From Takakia lepidozioides (Eukaryota; Plantae; Bryophyta), in NCBI GenBank assembly GCA_030704615.1, contig CM060731.1, forward strand, positions 72,416,001 through 72,480,000: DNA of 64,000 bases, read 5' to 3'. The notes below the pieces were generated by a model. The model made no database searches, was not told where the DNA came from, and was given only the letters and a program-made list of their open reading frames with translations. Shown here in pieces: positions 1 through 9,000 of this stretch. Position 1 is the stretch's first letter, and every line of letters starts with the position of its first letter. The position numbers were made by a program, and so were the translations under genes.

Positions 1-1685
1 AGAGAGAACCCCTACACAGGAACTTCATCATGTTGTGCGGGCATGTTTGGTTTTTGGCTCTCGAGGTGCTTGGAGTTTGATACAAAGTTTGGCCAAGCTT
101 CTACTTTGGGCTTTGGCCTCTATTGTTGCCTTTATGACTTTGCTTGGGTATTGTGTGAAGAGATTTTCCCCCCTTTGTTTTGAAAATAAAAAGAAAGAGA
201 CACACACACACCTGAGATAATAGCTTTGCTGTCAGGACTCGTTTCGGCAAACATCCAGGCAAAGGAAAGGCCCATGATCAAGATGAACGAACCGAACAAA
301 GCCTCCAGCTTTCTAACCCCAAAGTTTTCCAGAAACAGAAACACAAACCTGCACACTCCCACGTGACTGCCTTGGAAACTATGTCCAGAGATGTAGCATA
401 TAATACATGCAACATAAGAGAATCCTCCTATACGCTTTGAGAATGCCCTGTCTTCATATCTAACCAGCATGCTACAACCCACAAGAATACCTACAGGCAA
501 TCATCCCCAGAAACCTGTGAAAACCTTTTTTGGGCCTCAGGAGCGAATCTATGGGCTGGAAGGGGGGGTCGCCGCCTCGTCTATCTGTTTGGATGGATCT
601 AAACTTGCAATAAAGAATACTCTTATCGCACATTGTGAAGGTCTGAGGACAGTGCTGTGACCAAAATCAGTCTGAGTTGCTGGGAGCATTGTGTAATCTA
701 TGGTTAGAAAAAAAATTCGGAGGTCATTCTAAAGCATAAATATATGGAATTACCAATGTCAGCCCCACTGATGATCCATCTGCTGAACTACAGGCAACAT
801 GGGTCCACTCAAGTCAAAGGTGATCAGTCTCTACTGGGTACATCCCTTAAACTGTTTCGAAATCCTAGACTACAATGATGTTACTCTGGGTACGTGAGCA
901 ATGACCCTCTTCACAACTCATGATGGCCTCTAAAATGTTGGCACTAAGCAAAAAATTAGAGGGTTTGTGCCCTAACATTCACCCCTCCCATCTGAGTGAG
1001 AACAGAGGTGGATTGGGGGGGGGAGCATTAGGTAAGACATGAGATGAACACAAAACAAGCATATTGACGAAGACAAGTTGCAGAAGAGAATGACATACCC
1101 ATCAACACCCGTGATGAGCACACCAGCCCACAAGGGAATGTAGCCATTGGACAGTATCCTAAAGGCAATGGCACTCCCAATCACCTGCTGTACATCCGCA
1201 CCTATGATTGCAACCTCTGTCATAATCCAAAGGAGGCAGCGAGCCCAAGTTGGGTACTCCTCCCTACAAAGTTCCGCCAGGTGGTAGCCCGTGGCCACAC
1301 CCAGCCTCGCTGCAAGCATTTGAATGAGAAGGCCCATGACGGTGGCCCACATAAGTAGCCATAGCAATGTATATCCTGCCATCGCCCCGGACTGCAAATC
1401 ACTCTCAATGTTTCCTGGATCGAGATATGCTATGCTCATTAGAAATCCAGGACCTGTAAACATCCACAGCTTTCGCCATGAAAATTTCGGGAGAAAATCT
1501 AGGTCACCTCCTTCCAAGTCCTCTTCCACCTCATCTGAGAAAGACACGTCCACTTGCTCGGATTTCTCATATGCCCTTTCATCCTCTAGATCTGGAAAAC
1601 GGTGGGTTATGGCGCTCCGCCTTTCGTCCAACTCGGTGGCTCTGAACGGCACGAGTGGCTCTGAATCTGAGCTTATGGGAGCCAT
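1..1685 (-). CDS. NRAMP: NRAMP-family divalent metal transporter (NRAMP2/3/4-like), 5' part only; exons about 1685-1099, 348-212 and 11 to off-window
   Basis: Contains [25 protein letters not shown] (DPGN metal site), [21 protein letters not shown] and [16 protein letters not shown] junctions keep the frame (GATGG|GT at 1099, CAG|G at 348, CAG|GT at 212). ATG at 1685 taken as the start. Confidence 0.95.
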
Positions 1686-2626
1686 TTCCACACCGTTTTC
1701 TCTAATAATGTCTGTCGAATCCCCACAGGACACTAAACTCGTTCCCCGAAAGCAGTTGGACCCAAAATTCTTGTGATTCCTCTGCAGGTAGCAGCCCTGC
1801 TTCTTTGAATTTCACTCCGTTGAAGCCTTCATCTTGTTCTCCAACATGACTTCTCCCAAAAATGATATCAAAGAATCTCCGACGCTAGTGCTGTCGCAGG
1901 CAGAAAAACCTACTCTGAGTTTAGACATACCACCTCCTCACCAATACTTTACGATCTTTTTACCCAAAGACTGGCCGATCTTTCTCTTGATCCAAGAGCT
2001 TTAATCTTCCCACACAGGGTCGCGAGCTATTGGTAATTGCACCCTGCTGCACTTTTTCATACAAAACCTATAGTCATTCTGTACACCTGACGATGTAAAG
2101 ATTACCTCGACTTCCGACCAGATTTCTAAGAACTCCGAAAATACAGCTTACCTCCGAGAAATATTCAGCGCACTGTGTATTGTTTGCAAACCAAGAGATG
2201 AAAGGGAGTGATTCATGGCCTCGCTCCCAGACTCGACCACGATCTTGGCGGCCATGTAGAGAGAAGTCTTCCAGTGCAACCTGGATCTAGACTAAAACAG
2301 AGTACTTGAGATCGACAAATCAGCAGGCAAGTAGAGCTAAAATCTGCACGATTGGACCCTCAGCCTCGATCTCAGTGAGTGCCAGAGATTCCGATAGGCG
2401 GGGCAGCCCTGCTTGCAACTCAGACTGCCCATCGCCTTCGTCCCATCCATGGCCCAGACTCCTCCTGGGATGGATGAATGTCGTCCGGATGGATGGGAAT
2501 GCATTCATCTCTTGTCCACCCGCAGTTCATACATGCACGGAGTTAGTTTATCCTGAATGCCTCCATTTCAAATCTACATGCCTCCATTTCAAATCCTGTA
2601 GAGTAACATTATATATGCTAATACTA

Positions 2627-2717
2627 GAGAGAGAGAAGACTCCGGTCGATAAGGACCCGTAACTAAGAGCCACTTTGCCTTTGTTCACTAACCCCTTCAG
2701 GGAGTGGGCCCTATGGA
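2627..2717 (-). mobile_element. About 90-nt structured micro-retroposon, copy C
   Basis: Minus strand reads ATAGGGCCCACTCCCTGAAGGGG...AAAGTGGCTCTTAGTTACG...CCGGAGTC plus (TC)n. Flanked by ATGCTAATACTA (2615-2626) and ATGCTAATATTA (2718-2729). Confidence 0.8.
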
Positions 2718-2931
2718 ATGCTAATATTACATAGGTAGAGGATGTAGGAGAAGATGCGGCCATGTGTCTACTTGAGACACTAGGCACCTTAGGCGCAAAC
2801 GTAAAAGAATAAGGGTCTTCAAACACGGAACCCGAAGCACAACGGTTGTGGTGAATGAATCCTACACCAAATGAGAATATAGAAGTTTTGAAGGGCATCT
2901 TTTCTTATATATGGACTCTATTGTGAGCTCA

Positions 2932-3016
2932 ATAGGGCCCACCCCCGAAAGGGGGCACTAGCCGCAAGGTGAAGTGACTCTTAGTTACGCCGGCTGCAAG
3001 CTGGAGTCATCTCTCT
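2932..3016 (+). mobile_element. About 85-nt structured micro-retroposon, copy A
   Basis: ATAGGGCCCACCCCCGAAAGGGGGCACTAGCCGCAAGGTGAAGTGACTCTTAGTTACG...GGAGTC plus CT tail. Perfect 12-bp direct repeat TGAGCTCAATAG at 2924-2935 and 3017-3028; its last 4 nt overlap the element's ATAG start. Confidence 0.85.
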
Positions 3017-3090
3017 TGAGCTCAATAGCAAAGTCCCAATGTGTATTGTGAGTGTCTCAACACTCGAAGAGCTTCACCAACCCAAGTACA

Positions 3091-3261
3091 TGATATATAT
3101 GATATATGACACCTCCCGAAGAAGCGTAAATTATGGTGTCTCTTGATCCGAAGGGCTAGTCGCTTCTGGTAGGAAGGTGAACACCTTTGTGACACCAATG
3201 TGTGGATTGAACCCACAACCACGTTCGAGGTAGTATGTGCCAGTATACTAGGCTACAACCC
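3091..3261 (-). mobile_element. tRNA-derived SINE carrying the same 3' structured module
   Basis: Minus strand has A-box-like TGTAGCCTAGT and B-box GGTTCAATCC, then GGTGTTCAC...ACTAGCCCTTCGGATCAAGAGACACC...TTTACGCTTCTTCGGGAGGTGTC and an (ATATC)-type tail. Confidence 0.7.
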
Positions 3262-3289
3262 AACCCAACCCTACTAACTGGGTCAACAT

Positions 3290-3443
3290 GTTATCTAAAT
3301 GTCCGGTATTGGGGACGTCCGAGTCTTTGGGGGAGGATCTGGGTTCTAGTGGTGAGATGGGATCCACTTCAAATAGAAAACAGCTAGCAGTCATTCGGGA
3401 TGAAGTGACACCATGAATTATGTTTGCTTCGACAAGAGTCTTT
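3290..3443 (+). mobile_element. Degenerate SINE with the shared 3' module
   Basis: B-box-like GGGTTCTAGT. The 3' end AAGTGACACCATGAATTATGTTTGCTTCGACAAGAGTC closely matches the 3' end of the SINE at 13.5-13.7 kb. 5' boundary approximate. Confidence 0.55.
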
Positions 3444-3457
3444 CCTCATGTGCTTAA

Positions 3458-3977
3458 CCCTTAAATGCTTAGTGCCCTTGTTTGACTTTAAAAAAAAAAA
3501 ACTCTGCAATGAAAAAATGGTGTAATTCTTAGAAAATTGTTTTTTTTAAGAAATTGACCGCACATTATGTGCGTATCTTCCTCCTGCACCCACATGCCAA
3601 TTTCCAAAGCAATCAGCCCCAGATCCAAAAAATAGCACCGTTGAATGTGGGACAATTAGAAGAGTTCATTATTAATTTCAATTTGAGTAAAATCCCAAAG
3701 TAGACAAACGGAAGAATGGAGTTGAAATCATTAACACACGCGTGAAGAAATCTTCACATGAAAAAAACAGAGTTACCTTCATCAAAACCTGAACCCCTTG
3801 CTTGCGGGCTGATGATACAACTTTGCTTTAACTCGAAATTAGGGCAATCAATTGCCCAATCCTGGTAGTGCACAAGAGGGGCACTCAATGGAACTAATTT
3901 CATACAATTTGAAGCAAATCTGAAAACGCAACTTACGTTTTAGCGGGCTCTAAAACCCGTTGCTGGACGTTTAAGGG
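3458..3977. mobile_element. Non-autonomous piggyBac-like MITE (520 bp)
   Basis: TTAA at 3454-3457 and 3978-3981. Termini CCCTTAAA...TTTAAGGG; the inverted repeat extends to about 17 bp with only transition mismatches. Confidence 0.7.
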
Positions 3978-4464
3978 TTAAAACATTAAGGAGGCCAATT
4001 TGTGGGGGTGGGCGAAATCAAGGGAAAAACAAATGCATGGAACATATGCAAGCCTATTGGTATTGTGCTGTATCATACTCAATACAATCAAGCCAAGTTC
4101 GAAACCTATCTAGAGCTGGCTAACCATAAGCAAATTGTAAGTCTATATTTATTGTCACAATGAGATTGTATGTCTATGAGTCCTCTTTCCATTCCATTCC
4201 ATTCAGTTTTATTTTATGCTTTCTTCTTTCTCACTTAATTAGATCCAACGATTTTGGGATCTTCATGAAGCAACATCAAGCATAGTCTTATGATACTCCT
4301 CTATCTATCTGACCCTAGCCACATGTGTCCAATCTACGTTCGATAAATTAATGCTTGAATATTTTTCAAGCATATGTGGAGTTTATGTAGATTGTAGAGG
4401 AGAAGGATTGAGCAAGAGAAAATAACAACTCAAAAGATAACTAAAGATTACGATTAGTAATAAC

Positions 4465-5120
4465 CGGTGTTGGACCGGTATGTCTATTTTTAAATACCAG
4501 ACTGGTCCTGGTATGAAGGATCTGATCCCTTATGCATACCAGGCTGATAAGGGTATGGTGGCAGGTATGACCTGATAGAGTATTAATTGTATCAATAGGG
4601 TAATAGGTCTTCTAAAATGGATAGTGTATGGGTATGGTATAGGTATTAATTCTTTTGATATTGATACTGGGGGTATATGAACATTGGTATGATAGTTCCG
4701 TTGCTGAGCCTTTGTATACAGTACAATTGTCAGACTGTCTTTCAGTTGTTTTTCTGCCCAGTCATCGTAGCCAGGACCAGATTTCCACTTCCCCCACAAA
4801 GAGTCTGAGCAATTTGTTCATCCTGCACGCCTGATACGTCTCAAGTGCTCACTGGAGCTCATATTCATACCCTACTTGTTCATATCCCTACTTATACTGA
4901 GCTCCATCGCCGCTTGCAACCCTCAGTAATGGTATCGCAGGCAGTATAACAACAGCGACAACCGAGGCTGGTATCGACGAGCAAATCCTTGACTCAATAT
5001 CCACCCGGTTATGTAAATGGGTATAATGTTCTTTCATACCAGTAGGGTATGGTTTTTCATACCATTACTCATACCTTTACTGTATACTCAGGTATGACCA
5101 TATATACCGGTCCAACACTA
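4465..5120. mobile_element. hAT-type MITE
   Basis: TIRs CGGTGTTGGACCGGTAT and ATACCGGTCCAACACTA. 8-bp TSD GTAATAAC/GTAATAAG (7 of 8 match). Many subterminal GGTAT/ATACC motifs. Confidence 0.85.
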
Positions 5121-5334
5121 GTAATAAGGGTGCAATGGACTAAAAGGTACGAAGAAAGCAGAAAGGAAAAACCACTAAAACAATGAAAGAACTATTGTTT
5201 ACCTCTGAATGGGGTTAGAAGATTCTCCAATTGTAGGATAGATGCACCTAGCCACTCTTCTCTCAAATTTTGGAAGAGTCTAGTCTAGTTTCTAGTATTG
5301 ATTGAGCCCAAAATATCCAAAAACTTCATAATAT

Positions 5335-5545
5335 CACTACAACACAGTTTTGGCGACTGAATATATGACTGCCCACAATCAGAAAAATGTACATATGACT
5401 ATAAGACTAGCCATCCATTCCATGTCACTTTGGTCACAGTCATGGGTGCCATACAGTCATATTTACCAAGTCATAGCCTTGACTGTTAGTGAACCTTAGT
5501 GATGGGTTCATTTTTAGTCATATAGCTTTCTAGGATGTATGACTT
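5335..5545. repeat. Possible CACTA-type terminal remnant
   Basis: Starts CACTAC and carries repeated ATATGACT/AGTCATAT motifs in both orientations. No matching TSD found. Confidence 0.3.
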
Positions 5546-5875
5546 AGCAAAGGGCTCATGGGGAGGACACGTGTTCGTCTCTTGTGAAATCTCCCATGCT
5601 AGAACTTGACACTAAGTGGTAAGAATGTTTTGTTCCTGGACACATCATCACACACTCTTTCTACCACATAATAATAACACACATTCACATTCACACTATA
5701 GTAAACAATGAAGGCCATGTCATCATGCCATGGGTAAATAGTAAGTAAATACATCAACGGGGTTTTAATTTTTTTCCGCTAATAATCTTAATAAAGTTCT
5801 ACCAGGGCATCTGTCCCCTGTTTAAAAAAAAAAAAAAAGTAAATACCTGAAACTCAAAGAGAAACACGTCGCAAG

Positions 5876-5906
5876 TTTAGGGTTTAGGGTCAAGAACTTG
5901 TGGGCC
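5876..5906 (+). promoter_or_regulatory. Telo-box (TTTAGGG x2) plus site II (TGGGCC) upstream of the TTI2-like gene
   Basis: TTTAGGGTTTAGGG at 5876-5889 and TGGGCC at 5901-5906, about 150 bp before the ATG at 6053. This is a known plant promoter pairing. Confidence 0.55.
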
Positions 5907-6052
5907 ATAGTATGGAGAGAGAACATGATTCTAGAGTGGAGATCTGAAATGTGCCTAGGCGATTCGAGATTACAAATCTTCACTCGTACTCTGTAAATAT
6001 TTAGGTTTAGGATCAGGTTCAGAATTTGGAAAGTCTGTCGAGGGTGTAGCAG

Positions 6053-9000
6053 ATGGGTGAACCGAATTCGTCAGCCGTGGATGTTATAATTCAGGCACGG
6101 CAGACTTTCCTTCAGGCATGTCAGGCACTGGTATCTGTGGAAGTAGATGACAATCGCGCTCAGGCTCTTGTGGATGATGCAGCAGCTGCATGTGCTCAGC
6201 TTTCCAGCTTTGTGAAGTCTCAAGGTGAGCGTCATCAGTCTCTTCTTCCGGTGTGTCACATGTGTTTGGTGTATTACGGTTCATATGCATACCAGTCAGT
6301 CATAGTTTGATCTGTATCGGCGTGCAATGCAATGGGTTGTTATAATTTCTCTGGGATTTTGTGAGCTTCCACATCGAAGCCTTCAGAAGTAGCTCTTAAG
6401 TACACTCTTCAGTGGTGTGGTGCTCACAATTCTCATTGGGCGATTTTTCTGCGGATTATGGCAACCAGACTTTTTCAGTCACTTCCTTGAAAAAGAACAT
6501 GGCAGTGCCAGTCAAGGCTTCGATGCCCACCAGTCTCTATCTGATGGAGGGATTGTCTCGAACAGCCAGTGTGATGATTCCGCATTGGAGGCAGGGGACA
6601 AATCACACACTACACTCCTGGCCTGGATTCAAGCTGTCCACGCGTGCTGTGGCACAGCGTTTGGAGATCGTGTGGGTGTGAATGTTGCAGACAAGTTAGA
6701 CTCTGAGGCACCCAGCGTTTTGGCTTCCTGGTTGCTCGCTCTCAGAAATCTCGCTTCGGCTGCCCATTTAGCCCAAAAAGTTATCTGTTCAGATCACTTA
6801 AGCCAGAGAAAACAACCTACAGCTGAGGATGAAGCCATGCATGGAGTGCACGAGCAGGAAGAGGGCTTCTCAGGTTTGTCCAGTGAGACAGTTGGAAGCA
6901 GTGCACAGGGCGGGTTGTTGGAAAAATGGAGTCAGGTTGTTTCACTCAGCAGGGTGTGGCCTGATCTTGGCAGAAGGGGGGGTTTAAGGGCCACCCGGTG
7001 GCGTGCACGTGCCACTGCTGCTGATCTAGCAGGCCTTTTAGCTGTTTGGGATTTACATCTGTTGGTTTTCAGTGGAAACTCCTTAATAACACAGCGAGCC
7101 CAATCAGGGGGCACATTATTGACTATGTATGAGGAATTATTGCAGCTGCTTGTCCATGACCTGGCTCTCAGTGATCTCAAGTGGGAGGTATGCAAACTTG
7201 TCAACATAAGACCCCACATGACACGATTAATCTACAATAGCACAATAGTAGTTTGAAGGGTTTGCATTCATGACATAAGCCTAGGCCTCAATCTGCAAGT
7301 TTCAATTAGCATCTCAATTGGACCTGAAGTATCTACACTGGGAAATCAGCAAATTGAGTTTGAGGTGCAAAATGGAACTGATACAACTTCTGCTCCTTTC
7401 TTGTGTGGTTCCATGAAGACACAGCCCATGGTAGTATCAACTTTCTGTCGTATTTGCATGGTCTGCCTTCACGAGTACTCTGAATGTGAATTAAGAGAGC
7501 ATTGCAACACTTTCAATCTCCTTGTATTGTCACAACATTCTCTGGTCGGTCTTCTAGCATGTATACTGAGTGAGTGCCTCTGGGTGGTTTGGTATAAAGG
7601 GTAGTTAAGAGTACAGGGGTATGGTCTCTTCTTAGCAAGTGCTCTATGCATGCTACACAGGTTCGCCTGGCTGCTCTCTCTTCTGCATCCAAGGTTCTGG
7701 CTGCTTTACAAGGTTTTTTGCCACACCCTCTGTGAGTCCACCTCCTTTTACATCCTTAGCACGCCTCTCTCTCTCAGCTTCAATCTGCTGTTTAATATTA
7801 GGAGAAGTCAACCAAATGGACCAAATCATCAAACTGAGTCAACTTGTCATGCCATTATGCTCAAAAACATGACAGGTTTCGTCTTCTGGGCCCCATATAT
7901 ACTAGCTCTTTTTCAATAATATGGGAGTTCGAATGTGCAGATTGTCAAGGCAGGTAACAGGCATGCTTGCAGTTTGCATGGACTGCCAGCCTGAAGTACA
8001 ACAAGCTGCAGTTGATTCAATTGTACATCACCTTCTGCCGCCTTCTTCCCATGAACGGGAGGTGAGATGCTCACCTTAACCAAAAAAGTATTTACCATTC
8101 ATGATTCTGCAACCTGACAGGGGTATCCCCTTGTTATGCAGCAGAATTCTTTTGGAGAGTTTGTATGCTTTTTTCCAAGCTGCTAGTCAGGTTGGAGATT
8201 TGGAATAAGAGGAAGCTAGGGCTCCCGAGGCAGCAGGAATTTTTGGGCTTCCCTCCATCCTCCTACACTCCCATTGGGAAATGAGGTTGAGTTTTATCTA
8301 AATGTGAAATTTAAACAGGTGATAGTGAAAGAACTACTTGACGAGTTTACTACGGTAGCAGTCTCTCTGGCAGGAGCGTCGGGAAAAGATGGAAATGCAT
8401 GGAATAAGACTGGGGCAGCAGATGCTGTTGGCTTGGATGGTCTCCCAAGGGGCTCCTTGTTACTGGCTGGTGTAACAGCTGTGATCCAGTTGCAACTGTT
8501 GCCTGACCCGTCTGCATGGAATGATCAAGCATTCGAGAAGCCAAGAGTAGACAGAGTACCCCTTCTGCTTGTGGCAGCAGCTGCTGCTTTTGAAGATGCT
8601 GAAAGGAGGGGGAGTAGGACGACCGCTGCGGGACTTTCTGAGTTACTCAGGTACTCTTTGTCGTTTTCCATTTTGTCAGTGAGGAGCAAGGGAACACCCC
8701 ATAATAAACTTAATTACCAGAGTACCTGAATCCTCTCTCTGTCACTCAGTTTAGTAGTCTACTACTTCTTGGTCTTGTCTCTTTAATATATTCCTGCTTT
8801 CTGTTAACACTTTCATTGGCACTCATGCCTTGGCTGTATGGCTGCAGATCTTTGGTGAATTATGAGGGATCGCTCCTGGGAATGCTCAACCAAAAGAACC
8901 CCACCTACATTGGCCCCACTTCTGCCAGAACCTATAAGGAGTTAGGTGTGATAGACAATGACACGGCAAATGCACTGGAGAGTGTGGTGGCTTCAACAAC

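Noticed and set aside
30-46. NRAMP MPHN motif at the left edge
   Set aside because: ATGCCCGCACAAC has an extra base and lies inside the predicted intron.
2557-2595. ATGCCTCCATTTCAAATC tandem pair (similar pair at 38093-38123)
   Set aside because: Simple local tandem duplications with no further structure.
2627-3016. Copies C and A as the TIRs of one MITE
   Set aside because: Each copy has its own separate TSD and tail, so they are independent insertions.
2932-3016. Assignment to a known ribozyme class (hammerhead, HDV-like, twister, pistol)
   Set aside because: There is no CUGANGA/GAAA core and no HDV L3/P1.1 pattern. The twister-like GTTACGCCGG..CAAG occurs in one copy only.
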